From Promethearchaeota archaeon (GTDB lineage Archaea; Asgardarchaeota; Lokiarchaeia; Sigyniarchaeales; SOKP01): DNA of 64,000 nucleotides. The notes below the pieces were generated by a model that was not told the DNA's origin, searched no databases, and saw only the letters and a list, made by a program, of their open reading frames with translations. The translations under genes were made by a program, and so were the position numbers. The DNA lies in assembly GCA_019058365.1 (NCBI GenBank), contig JAHPZE010000009.1, forward strand, positions 1 to 64,000, given 5' to 3'. Below are positions 28,732-38,735 of this stretch, in pieces (positions within the stretch are counted from its first letter, which is position 1; each line of letters opens with the position of its first letter).

Positions 28732-29475
28732 CTATTTGTTTTCGATTAGCTGTAACAATTCAGCTAACGAACTAATTAGTAAATCTGGCTGATTTTCAAT
28801 TAAAACCTCTTTTTTTGACACTCCACTTGCCACTCCTATAGTCCACATTCCAGCTTCACGTCCAGCGATGATATCAGAGGGCATATCACCAACCATTAAA
28901 AAATCTTCTCTATGAGGTTTTTCGTAATTTTCTAAAGGGGGTTGAAGTGCCATTGGATCTGGTTTTTGAACGGGAATTTTATCACTCCCATAAATACCTT
29001 TAAAAAAGTCGTATAGGTCTTCGTTCTCAAGATGCTCAATAATTACCTCTGTTTTATTATGAGAAACAATAAATAGATCATATTTTTTCTTTAGTTTTTT
29101 AAAAAGCGGTTTTACAGATGGAAAAAATGAAGCCTGTTTTGAATATTCTAGATACTTAGCAAAAATCTTTATTGCTATGCGCAATTTTTTAAAATAAGTC
29201 AAACTTTTAAGCGCTGTTATATATTTGAAAACTTCATAAGATTCGAGTAAGATTTTGGGTAATGGATAACCTTGAATAGTCTCTAATAAAGCTCCAATCT
29301 CTTGAATTGTGTTGTCCATATCAAATTCTGCTTTTTGGACTTCTTTTTCCAATACCTCTTCGATTGATTTTTCAAGGATTTGACGAATATCTAATAAAGT
29401 ACCATCAAAGTCGAATATTATTGCCCGAAGAGAACTATTTTGTAATCGTTGTATTAGCTGATTTTCTCTGGTCAT
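28732..29475 (-). CDS. HAD-family phosphatase (PGP-like)
   Basis: FDFDGTL, KPDP and VGDMPSD. Confidence 0.92.
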   Translation of the reverse strand: MTRENQLIQRLQNSSLRAIIFDFDGTLLDIRQILEKSIEEVLEKEVQKAEFDMDNTIQEIGALLETIQGYPLPKILLESYEVFKYITALKSLTYFKKLRIAIKIFAKYLEYSKQASFFPSVKPLFKKLKKKYDLFIVSHNKTEVIIEHLENEDLYDFFKGIYGSDKIPVQKPDPMALQPPLENYEKPHREDFLMVGDMPSDIIAGREAGMWTIGVASGVSKKEVLIENQPDLLISSLAELLQLIENK

Positions 29476-29690
29476 GATCTCACTATATGTAAACTATAAT
29501 TAATTAAAAAGTCTAAACGATAAAAACTATTTTAGTATAGAATTCAGAAATAAAATTTATCTCTCTACTAAAGTAAATCATAGTATGTAGTGATATAGAA
29601 ATATTCATAGAATAAATAAATTAAAAACTTAGAGAGAATAAAAAAAATTTTAAAATTAAATATAATTTAAGCATTTTTATAGATTTATTA

Positions 29691-30473
29691 TTATTCTAAA
29701 CGTTCTAACAATTCTCGAATTTTTTTCAATTCATCTAAACGTAACTCGCTTTTATTTATTTCTTTATGTTCTATTGAATTTTCAATTACAGAGGAAGTTT
29801 CCATCATTCTTATTCTTTCCCATATTGTTGCACGAATGAATTCTGATTGTGTTTGGTGCGAAAGTTGAGAAAATCGTTTAATTTCATTCAATTCATTGCT
29901 ATTAACTAAAAACTTAACTTGGATGCTTTTTTTTAAAGCTTTTTGAATAATAATAGGAAGTTGATTTAACAGATCTTCAACATTATCAGTCGATGTTAAT
30001 TCAATATAACCTATTAAACCTTCTTTTTTAACAAATTCTTTATATTTTTCCCTATCAATTGTTTCCAGTTTCTCAACTAAATCGCGTTTATTTCCAATTA
30101 AAAGTATAGGACATTTATCTTGTTTAATCTGATTCCAAACTTTTTTAAACTGTGTTTGATAATAGTCAAAAGTTTCTGGTTTAGATAAATCAAATACAAA
30201 AAAAATAGCTGATGCCCCAGTGTAGTATAGTGTTTGAAGTGAACCAAATTTATCATTCGCAATAATATCCCAAAACTGAAGTTTATAATCATGACCGTCA
30301 ATATTCACATTTTTAATAAAGAAGTTCACACCTACTTTTGGACCAGCATCTTCATGAAGAGATTTATCTGAAAACTGTTCAATTAATGTGGTTTTACCTA
30401 CTCCCGCAGCCCCAAGAACTACTATCTTAAACATTTCTTTATACTTTTCTTTACTTATTTTCTTTACCTCCAT
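29691..30473 (-). CDS. Rab-like GTPase fused to a C-terminal ribbon-helix-helix domain
   Basis: GAAGVGKTT, FWD and GNKRD, then IQVKFLV-NSNELNEIKRFSQLS-HQTQSEFIRATI. Confidence 0.8.
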   Translation of the reverse strand: MEVKKISKEKYKEMFKIVVLGAAGVGKTTLIEQFSDKSLHEDAGPKVGVNFFIKNVNIDGHDYKLQFWDIIANDKFGSLQTLYYTGASAIFFVFDLSKPETFDYYQTQFKKVWNQIKQDKCPILLIGNKRDLVEKLETIDREKYKEFVKKEGLIGYIELTSTDNVEDLLNQLPIIIQKALKKSIQVKFLVNSNELNEIKRFSQLSHQTQSEFIRATIWERIRMMETSSVIENSIEHKEINKSELRLDELKKIRELLERLE

Positions 30474-30495
30474 TTTTTATTTTTTATTATATTAT

Positions 30496-30564
30496 ATGTA
30501 CCGATCATGTACCTATAATTAAAAAAGAAATATTCCTTTATAAATCTATGTACTGAATATGTAC
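30496..30564 (-). promoter_or_regulatory. Promoter with four ATGTAC boxes (two 11-bp-spaced pairs) flanking TTTATAAA
   Basis: ATGTAC (+ strand) at 30496, 30507, 30548 and 30559. TATA at 30537-30544. Confidence 0.7.
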
Positions 30565-30673
30565 ATATACGATAGAATAAGAGAAAAAAACTCCTAACCT
30601 TTAAAATTAAAATATTCAATACTTTTACAAATATGTATGAAATTAAATATCGAGGATAAATAAAAAGGAAATG

Positions 30674-33034
30674 TTATATTGCAATATGTTCGGTTCTTCT
30701 AATAATCTCGTCCTGTAAATCAAGTCCTAAATTCACAAAATAGTCGCTATATCCCGCAACTCGCACTATTAGGTCTCTATATTTTTCTGGATTTTTCTGT
30801 GCAGCCCGTAAAGTATCTGCTGATACTACATTAAATTGTACATGATGACCATCCATTTCAAAATATGCTCTAATTAAATGAGCCAATTTATTAATCCTAT
30901 TTTCTTCTGAAAAAAATTGAGGAGCAAATTTTTGGTTTAGTAAGGTTCCTCCCGTTTTTAGATGATCAATTTTTCCAGCGGATTTAATAACTGCAGTTGG
31001 ACCATTAATATCCATGCCTTGAACTGGAGAGATGCCTTCTGATAAAGGAGTATAAGCCTTACGTCCATCTGGTGTGGCACCAGTTACTTGACCAAAATAA
31101 ACATGAACAGTAGTAGGAAGTAGATTAATACGATGTACACCACCTTTAGTATTAGGACGATTATCGATCGCGTTATAAACAATATTAAAAACTTGTGTAG
31201 TTATCGAATCAGCATAATCATTATCATTCCCGTATTTGGGAGTTTTATAAATTAATTTCTGTTGTAAAACTTCATTTCCAATAAAATCTTTATCTAAGGC
31301 TTTTATTAGGTCTTCCATAGATATTTTTTTTTTCTCAAATATATTATATTTTAAAGAAGCTAAACAATCTGTAATGCTACCCATCCCTACAATTTGTATA
31401 TATGAAGTGTTGTATTTGGCTCCACCATCATTGTAATCCTTCCCATTCTTTATACAATCATCGATTAATATTGAAAGGAAAGGGGCGGGATTTTGTGCCC
31501 AGATTCGTTCAATTATTTGATTTCCTTTAATTTTTATGTCTACAAAATGCTTAATTTGTTTTTTATAAGCTTTAAAGAATTCATCAAAAGTTTTAAAAGT
31601 TGTAGGCTCACCAGTTTTCAATCCAATCTGTTTTTTAGTTACAAGATCGAAACCATTATGAAGTGTGACTTCCAAAATTTTTACTAAATTAAAATATCCC
31701 GTTAGTATATATGCTTCTTTTCCAAAAGCACCAGATTCAACACAACCACTTGCCCCACCATTTCGGGCATCTACTATAGATTTACCCTGTCTAGTTAATT
31801 CTTGTATAATAGCATCGGTATTGAACACTGAAGGTTGACCAAAACCAGTTTTAACAATTTCAAGGGCTCTTTTTAAGAATCTATCGGGGGTCTTTGTACT
31901 AATCTGAACATTACTACTTGGCTGGACTATCCTCATTTCTTCAATTACATCTAATAACATGTAGGATACTTCATTGACTCCATCAGAACCATCCTCTTTA
32001 AGTCCGCCAATGTTAATATTACAAAAATCGGTATAAGTATTGCTCTCTTCAGCAGTTACTCCAACCTTTGGAGGAGCAGGTTGATTATTAAACTTCACCC
32101 AAAAAGCTTGAAGTAATTCATATGCATCTTCCTTGGTCAATATACCATTAGCAATATCATCTTTGTAAAATGGATAGAGATGTTGATCTAAGCGTCCAGG
32201 ATTGAAAGAATCCCATGTATTATATTCAGTTATAACACCTAAATGAATGAACCAATAGTGTTGGAGGGCCTCCCAGAATGTTCTAGGTGCCAATGCAGGA
32301 ACTCTAGAACATATCTCCGAAATCTTTTCTAATTCACTTTTTCTAATTGGATTTGCTTCATTTACAGCTAAAAATTTGGCTTCTTGAGCATGGCGTTCAG
32401 AAAAAGCAATTATCGCATCTGCAACGATAATCATCGCAGTTAGCTGTTCCCTCTTATCAAAAGCTTGAGGATCATTGAAAAAATCTAATTTTTCTATACT
32501 TTCTTTTATTTCGTTCTTAAAATCTAAAAATCCTTTATTCCATATGTTTTTTCCACCAACCGTATGTCCAGGTGCTCTCTGTTCCATAAACTCTGTGAAA
32601 ATTCCCGCTTCATATGCATCAATCCATTCATCATCAACTTGGGTGAAGATTTTATCACGAATAGATCTTCCTTTCCAAAAGGGAATAATTAGATCTGCTG
32701 TTTTTTGTCTTATATCTTCTGAAACTTTAAATGAAATTTTTTTACGGGTATTTAAAATCTCTAAATCTCGTAAACTATGGCAACAAACTTCTGGATATGT
32801 AGATGTAGCTTTTGGTTCTGGGCCACGTTCGCCGATAATTAACTCCCCTTTATTAATGCAGATCTTTTTATTTTCCATAATGTGCTTAAAAGCTTTAGCT
32901 CTCGCAATTGGAGCTGAAAACTTATGTGCAGCACCCATTTTATAAAACTCTGTCATTAATAAAGCACGTTCCAATGATATATAAGGAATTGCTTCACGAC
33001 TTTGTGTTCGTAGGTTTTTAATTCGTTCATTCAT
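30674..33034 (-). CDS. hypD: Glycyl-radical enzyme, trans-4-hydroxy-L-proline dehydratase
   Basis: EQRAPGH, WDSF, TYTDF, GCVE, YILTGY, LPTT and RVAGYS. Confidence 0.85.
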   Translation of the reverse strand: MNERIKNLRTQSREAIPYISLERALLMTEFYKMGAAHKFSAPIARAKAFKHIMENKKICINKGELIIGERGPEPKATSTYPEVCCHSLRDLEILNTRKKISFKVSEDIRQKTADLIIPFWKGRSIRDKIFTQVDDEWIDAYEAGIFTEFMEQRAPGHTVGGKNIWNKGFLDFKNEIKESIEKLDFFNDPQAFDKREQLTAMIIVADAIIAFSERHAQEAKFLAVNEANPIRKSELEKISEICSRVPALAPRTFWEALQHYWFIHLGVITEYNTWDSFNPGRLDQHLYPFYKDDIANGILTKEDAYELLQAFWVKFNNQPAPPKVGVTAEESNTYTDFCNINIGGLKEDGSDGVNEVSYMLLDVIEEMRIVQPSSNVQISTKTPDRFLKRALEIVKTGFGQPSVFNTDAIIQELTRQGKSIVDARNGGASGCVESGAFGKEAYILTGYFNLVKILEVTLHNGFDLVTKKQIGLKTGEPTTFKTFDEFFKAYKKQIKHFVDIKIKGNQIIERIWAQNPAPFLSILIDDCIKNGKDYNDGGAKYNTSYIQIVGMGSITDCLASLKYNIFEKKKISMEDLIKALDKDFIGNEVLQQKLIYKTPKYGNDNDYADSITTQVFNIVYNAIDNRPNTKGGVHRINLLPTTVHVYFGQVTGATPDGRKAYTPLSEGISPVQGMDINGPTAVIKSAGKIDHLKTGGTLLNQKFAPQFFSEENRINKLAHLIRAYFEMDGHHVQFNVVSADTLRAAQKNPEKYRDLIVRVAGYSDYFVNLGLDLQDEIIRRTEHIAI

Positions 33035-33109
33035 AATATGCTTATTAACTGAAATAATAAAACCAGATCGTTAATGATAATAAAGAATTGAAGTAATAAA
33101 AAAATAATT

Positions 33110-34798
33110 TTATCTATTTTTTCTTTTTTCAGCTCCTTTAGTTTCTTTGTCTCGGATTACTCGTCTTAAGACTTTTCCTATGGCGCTTTTTGGAAGAGAA
33201 TTTACAAATTTTACTATTCTTGGATATTTATAAGCAGCCATTTGCTCTTTAGACCAATCAATAATCTGTTGTTCACTAATTTTTCCTTTATATTCTGTCT
33301 TAAGAATAATATGTGCCATAATATTTTCACCTCTTTCTGGGTCTTTAATACCAATTACAGCACATTCTTGAATTGCAGGATGTTCATATAAAACTTCCTC
33401 AATTTCTCTTGGATAAACACTATGACCTTTATATTTTATCATATCTTTAACTCTATCGATTAAAAAAATATAACCTTCCTCATCCATTTTTGCAAAATCA
33501 CCTGTCCGTAGCCACCTATAACCCCCTGCTTTAAAAAATACATTTTTATTCTCTTCGGGTCGATTATGATATCCCAACATAACCTGAGGTCCAGCAACAA
33601 CTAATTCTCCAGATTCTCCAATAGGCAAGAAATTAAGATTATCATCAATAATCCCACATAAAGTATTTGCAACAGGAATGCCACAACTACCAAGCTTTTT
33701 AATAGCCCAAGGAGGACTATTTGTGACAGTGGGGCTTGTTTCACTAAGTCCATAACCTTCTCCTAATGGAAATCCTGTTTTTTTTTCCCATTCTTTAGCG
33801 ATTTCTATGGGCATTGCTGAGGCTCCTACATTAGCATATTTTAAGCAAGAAAAATCTACATCCTTACTTAATGGCGAATTTAACAGATTAATAAACATCG
33901 TTGGTACTCCTAATAGAGTATTTGGCTTTTTTTCTTTAATAGTTTCGATAATCCGAGGAATGTCAAATGTAGGAAAGATAAATCCTTTTCCTCCTGTCAT
34001 AGGACCTTGAATAAGTTCACATGTTTGTCCATAGATATGATACCAAGGAAGAATACACATATTTACAAGATCTCCCTTAATATAAGTTTCTTTCATATAA
34101 TCTGATATCTGCTTCATTTGTAATATATTAGCAATAATATTATAATGAGTTAAACATGCCCCTTTAGGATCCCCTGTTGTCCCACCAGTATATTGAATAA
34201 CTGCTATATCTTCTTTAGGAGTGATATCAACTTTGAAATCTGGAAGTGGCTTTGGATTTTGCTCCAATAATGTATTGTAATGAATTATCTTAGTAGTTTC
34301 AGGCACATCTGGAATCTCACCGGCAACATTAACAATAACAATTTTCTCCAATTCCAGTTGATCTTCTACTTTCTTAAATTCCTTGATAAACCTATCAATC
34401 ATAATTAAATATTTTGCTCCAGAATCTTTAATTTGATATGCCATTTCTCTTGCTACAAATAGAGGACTTATGGCAGTTAACGTTGCTCCTAGCCCTAAGG
34501 CAGCAAAATAACAAATACTAAAGTGTGGAGAATTTGGTAACCATAGGGATATCACATCACCTTTTCTTATACCTAATTGTAAAAGGCCACTAGCAAATCT
34601 TCTTGTTAAGCTATCCATCTCTTTGAATGTAAATTCTCTCCCAAAATAATCCATTGCGACTTTATCACCATATTCTATAGCACCTGTCTCGAATAAGTCA
34701 ATTAAGGACTGGTCTTCTGGGATATCAATATCTAATGTAATTCCATCTGGTAAATAATCTTTCCAAATTCTGTTTTTAATATAATCCGGGAGTTCCAT
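33110..34798 (-). CDS. fadD: Long-chain fatty-acid-CoA ligase
   Basis: YTGGTTGDPKG, EGYGLSE, LRTGD and PKSAIGK. Likely start is MELPDY at 34798. Confidence 0.9.
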   Translation of the reverse strand: MELPDYIKNRIWKDYLPDGITLDIDIPEDQSLIDLFETGAIEYGDKVAMDYFGREFTFKEMDSLTRRFASGLLQLGIRKGDVISLWLPNSPHFSICYFAALGLGATLTAISPLFVAREMAYQIKDSGAKYLIMIDRFIKEFKKVEDQLELEKIVIVNVAGEIPDVPETTKIIHYNTLLEQNPKPLPDFKVDITPKEDIAVIQYTGGTTGDPKGACLTHYNIIANILQMKQISDYMKETYIKGDLVNMCILPWYHIYGQTCELIQGPMTGGKGFIFPTFDIPRIIETIKEKKPNTLLGVPTMFINLLNSPLSKDVDFSCLKYANVGASAMPIEIAKEWEKKTGFPLGEGYGLSETSPTVTNSPPWAIKKLGSCGIPVANTLCGIIDDNLNFLPIGESGELVVAGPQVMLGYHNRPEENKNVFFKAGGYRWLRTGDFAKMDEEGYIFLIDRVKDMIKYKGHSVYPREIEEVLYEHPAIQECAVIGIKDPERGENIMAHIILKTEYKGKISEQQIIDWSKEQMAAYKYPRIVKFVNSLPKSAIGKVLRRVIRDKETKGAEKRKNR

Positions 34799-34983
34799 TT
34801 TAATTAGCACTTTAATATTGTTTCTATAAAATAATGAATTTCCTTTAAAAATTAAATTTTTCAATTCTCAGATTCATAAATTCTACTTTACAAATTATTT
34901 TTTAATGAGTTATTATTATAAATTCAAGTATCTTTGAAAAACTCAAAATAAAATTTCTAAATTTAATTTCTAGGTTTAAGATT

Positions 34984-36594
34984 TTGAAATCACAAGATGA
35001 ATTAGGTGTTCCAATCCCAGCAAATAAACCATTAGTAGTAAGGACAATAAAAAAAGTTACAAAGGAACAACGTGAGTATGTACTCAAAAAAACTGAATAT
35101 AGTATGTTTTCTTTTCCAGCAGATTTAACTTTTGTAGATTTTTTGTCTGATTCGGGCTCTGGAACTATGACAGATTATCAATGGGCTGCTTTATTTCATG
35201 GGGATGAGTCTTATGCTCGCAATAAGGGTTATTACGTTCTTTTAGAAGCTGTTCGAGACACATTTGAGCGAGGTGATAATCCAAAAAGATCTATAGATTT
35301 AATTCTTACTAGTGAAACAAATGTAAAAAAACTCATTGATGAGCTTTACATAACTTCATATGAGGGAGGTTTTGCAAATGGAGGTATTCATCAATTAACC
35401 CGTCCTAATGCTTTCATTGTTCCACAAGGACGTTGTGCGGAACATTTACTATTCTCAACAATAGCTCCCCTCTTAAAAGAAAATAAAAATATTACTTATT
35501 ATATCCCAAATAATGGACATTTTGATACTACTGAAGCTAATATAGTAACAAACGGCATCCAAGCTATAAATTTGTTTTCAGCAAATCTTATGGAAGATTT
35601 TCCTTATGATGAAATGGATAAAAGAAATCCCTTTAAAGGTAATATGAATCTTGAAGGACTTGAGAACCTAATTCAAGATAAGGGTGTCGAATCAATTCCA
35701 TTAATTTATGTTACAATTACAAACAATGTAGCAGCTGGTCAACCAGTCTCAATGAAAAATATAAAATCGGTTTATAAAATCGCTAAAAAATATAATCTTC
35801 CTTTTTTCTTTGATGCCTGTCGTTTCAGTGAAAATGCTAATTTTATAAAAGAATTTGAAGAAGGATATAAAAATCACTCAATCCAAAGTATTGTACAAGA
35901 AATGTTTTCTTATGTTGATGGTTTTACTATAAGTTTCAAGAAAGATGGCCTAGCTAACATGGGTGGCGGACTTTTCTTTAGAGATAAAGGTCTTTTTCAT
36001 AAAAAATTTTCCATAAATGGAGATATTGGAATTAGACTGAAAGAAAGACAGATATTAACTTTCGGAAATGATTCATACGGTGGAATGAGTGGTCGAGACA
36101 TAATGGCTTTAGCTGCAGGGCTTTATGAAGTTATAAAACAACCTTACTTAAATGAACGAGAATATCAAGTAAGAGAATTTGCACGAAAGCTCGCAAAGAA
36201 TGGTATTCCTGTCATTCTTCCAGCTGGTGGTCATGCTGTATACATTAATATGGACAAATTTTTTGAGGGAACAGATATAAAAATCGAAGATTTTGGAGGT
36301 GTTGGATTTACTATCGAACTTTTAAAACACTTTGGTATACGAGCTGTTGAATTAGGTCCGTTCGCTTTTGAGTGGGATAAAAAAACACCCGAACAACGAA
36401 AAGGGATTTTGAATTTAGTCCGTTTTGCAATGCCTCGGAATTTATATAATGCTTCGCATATAGATTATACTGTAGCAGCAATTACTGAACTTTACCATAA
36501 TAAAGAAAAAATTCCTAAAGTTAGAATTTCTCGAGGCGCAGATTTACGTCTGAGACATTTTCAAGCAGGACTTCAACCGATTTATAAATCTTAA
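34984..36594 (+). CDS. tnaA: Tryptophanase-type beta-eliminating lyase
   Basis: DFLSDSG, GDESY, QGR, HFDTT, SFKKD (PLP lysine) and LRHF. LRHF is tryptophanase-type, whereas tyrosine phenol-lyase has LRFF. Confidence 0.8.
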   Translation: MKSQDELGVPIPANKPLVVRTIKKVTKEQREYVLKKTEYSMFSFPADLTFVDFLSDSGSGTMTDYQWAALFHGDESYARNKGYYVLLEAVRDTFERGDNPKRSIDLILTSETNVKKLIDELYITSYEGGFANGGIHQLTRPNAFIVPQGRCAEHLLFSTIAPLLKENKNITYYIPNNGHFDTTEANIVTNGIQAINLFSANLMEDFPYDEMDKRNPFKGNMNLEGLENLIQDKGVESIPLIYVTITNNVAAGQPVSMKNIKSVYKIAKKYNLPFFFDACRFSENANFIKEFEEGYKNHSIQSIVQEMFSYVDGFTISFKKDGLANMGGGLFFRDKGLFHKKFSINGDIGIRLKERQILTFGNDSYGGMSGRDIMALAAGLYEVIKQPYLNEREYQVREFARKLAKNGIPVILPAGGHAVYINMDKFFEGTDIKIEDFGGVGFTIELLKHFGIRAVELGPFAFEWDKKTPEQRKGILNLVRFAMPRNLYNASHIDYTVAAITELYHNKEKIPKVRISRGADLRLRHFQAGLQPIYKS

Positions 36595-36659
36595 TATAAT
36601 GTAATCTAAATTAACATTATTCTATATTAATTAAAAAAGTAGAAATTAATTAAAAAAAT

Positions 36660-36959
36660 TTAAATATCTAACATTCGTAATTTCTGCGAAATATCCTTTC
36701 TTCTAAGTATTTTCATAAAGTCATCTTTTCGCTGTTGAAGACGAGTCAAAAAAGTATCCAGTTTATCAAAATTATTAAAGAAAAATTCCCTGCCATCATT
36801 TATAATCTTAACACCTTTTTTATCGTTTTCAATAATTGCATATATTCCTCCTACTCCCTCAGAATGTTTTATAAATACTTTCTCTGCATCAGGAATTTTT
36901 TCATTCCCTTTTTTCGCCCAGAAATTATTTTTCAATAAATATGACCTATACATACTCAT
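36660..36959 (-). CDS. Hypothetical protein (~99 aa)
   Basis: Clean ORF with GAGG upstream. Start is ATG 36959 or GTG 36971. Confidence 0.65.
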   Translation of the reverse strand: MSMYRSYLLKNNFWAKKGNEKIPDAEKVFIKHSEGVGGIYAIIENDKKGVKIINDGREFFFNNFDKLDTFLTRLQQRKDDFMKILRRKDISQKLRMLDI

Positions 36960-37045
36960 TTTTCCACACACAACCTCTTTTTTTTAATTATGATGAGTCA
37001 TTGAGATATGTTTATTAATATACTCGTTATGACCATCGGCATATA

Positions 37046-37149
37046 GTTCCGAGTAATATAAAATTCAAGTCGATTATAACATCGTGTAATATGCAAAGAA
37101 CATATCACCGACATATTATACGACTTTAACTTTATATTCCACAAGAAAC
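37046..37149 (-). ncRNA. Long imperfect RNA hairpin (structured leader or sRNA)
   Basis: About 40 paired positions. Four non-Watson-Crick pairs are G-U on the minus strand only. Confidence 0.6.
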
Positions 37150-37272
37150 ATAGTTACAGAAATCCCTTATAAATCATTAAGTAAAAAGCCCAGAACTATT
37201 TACTAAATTATTTTTACTTGGGGTTATTTAAATAAAATTTCAATTGGAAAATTTCATTAAAATAAAATAAAA

Positions 37273-38064
37273 TTAAGGATATTTTTCATGTAAGCTTTTT
37301 ATAAAATCATCTAATTCCTTTATAGTTTTTTTCTTTGAGTCATAAGCTACTTTCCCACATTCATCTTCCATATCAAAACATGATTTAATATAAGCTTTAT
37401 TCATAATCGTTAACATAGTCTTTGTAAAGAAGATAAATTCTGTCTGATACTTAACAATCTGCTTCGCGAAATTAAGAGTTTCAGTATCAAGGTGATCGAG
37501 TGGAAAAATTCTTGCTGGAAAATTAATGTTCAGTAATTCATTCACACCAAATTTATCTGTAGTAAAAAGGAGATTCTTTGCATAGGTCAACCCTAGTCCT
37601 AATAAGGGTAAAAGAGTCGCTCCAGTCTGAGGAAAAGCTGAAATTGCGAGTTCTGGTAATCTCAAATATAATTCATCAATAGGTCTATCAGCAAAAATCC
37701 TTATATCAGAAGCCATAATCACCATTACTCCAAAACCTATAGCAATGCCTTGAATCTGTGTAATTACTAGTTTTTTCATAAGAACAATAGTCTCATTGAC
37801 CTTTCTACCCCATTCAGTTATTTGTACTACTTTTTCAGGAGAACCTTGTATTTCTTTAAGATCATACCCTGCTGAGAAAAATCTTTGTCCCGTACTCTTA
37901 ATCAAAATACACTTAACGTTCTCATCTCTGTCAGCACTAATTAAACTTTCATATATTAATTTTAACATAGGAATATTGCACGCATTCGCCTTATTTGGTC
38001 TGTTTATTGTAATTGTAGCAATACGCCCTTTTACTTCATATAGAATAAATTCTTGTTCACTCAT
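37273..38064 (-). CDS. Enoyl-CoA hydratase/isomerase family protein
   Basis: ITINRP..ANA, FSAGYDL, AIGFG and LPE. Confidence 0.9.
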   Translation of the reverse strand: MSEQEFILYEVKGRIATITINRPNKANACNIPMLKLIYESLISADRDENVKCILIKSTGQRFFSAGYDLKEIQGSPEKVVQITEWGRKVNETIVLMKKLVITQIQGIAIGFGVMVIMASDIRIFADRPIDELYLRLPELAISAFPQTGATLLPLLGLGLTYAKNLLFTTDKFGVNELLNINFPARIFPLDHLDTETLNFAKQIVKYQTEFIFFTKTMLTIMNKAYIKSCFDMEDECGKVAYDSKKKTIKELDDFIKSLHEKYP

Positions 38065-38414
38065 AAGATCTTTAACTCACGATTTAATATAAACTATATA
38101 AAGATACGTAGATATTATTTGAGTTTTAATTGTATGTTTATTAGATTAATCTTATAATTTCGGATAATTATGATTACTAATAATATTCAAAGAAGTTAAA
38201 TGGATTGTACAAATTGAAAAAAAAATTTGATGAAATTAAGGATTTTAAAAAAATTATTGGAAAAATGATCCATTTCGTCTATTTTAAACGGATTCTAATA
38301 TGTTAGTCTTACCATAACGGAAAATATCTGAAATGATTGGATTAAAATGTATTAATCAATACATATATAATTGCTGAAGCAAGGGAGAAGTGTGTATTTT
38401 TCATAACATAAGGA

Positions 38415-38735
38415 TTGAGGTGGTATAAGCTAAAAATGATAGCTGAAATAGAGTTTTTTACGGAAATTTTCGAAGAATTTCTGGGTATGGACAATCAAAT
38501 TTATGAGAATGAATTATGGAAAGCTCATTCAATAATTAAGTTAATGCGAGTTTCAAACGAATTTGTTGATAAAGAACTTGTAGAAGAAGGTTTAAAAATA
38601 ATTATTAATTTATGCAGATTTAAAGAGTGCGGAGATCTGTTAGACTCTTATGAAAAAGAAAGTTATCCAATAAATGAATTAGAAGAATCAGAAAAAATCC
38701 TACTTGGATCAATTTTAAAAGCAGAATTTACTTAA
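38415..38735 (+). CDS. Hypothetical acidic protein
   Basis: ORF whose likely start is ATG 38436 after GAGGTGG. Confidence 0.6.
   Translation: MRWYKLKMIAEIEFFTEIFEEFLGMDNQIYENELWKAHSIIKLMRVSNEFVDKELVEEGLKIIINLCRFKECGDLLDSYEKESYPINELEESEKILLGSILKAEFT

Noticed and set aside
36990-37050. ATGATGA as the C box of a C/D sRNA
   Set aside because: No CTGA D box at a suitable distance.
37046-37149. Hairpin as a SECIS element or SRP RNA
   Set aside because: No nearby ORF has a convincing in-frame TGA, no AUGA/GA core is evident, and it lacks SRP length and motifs.
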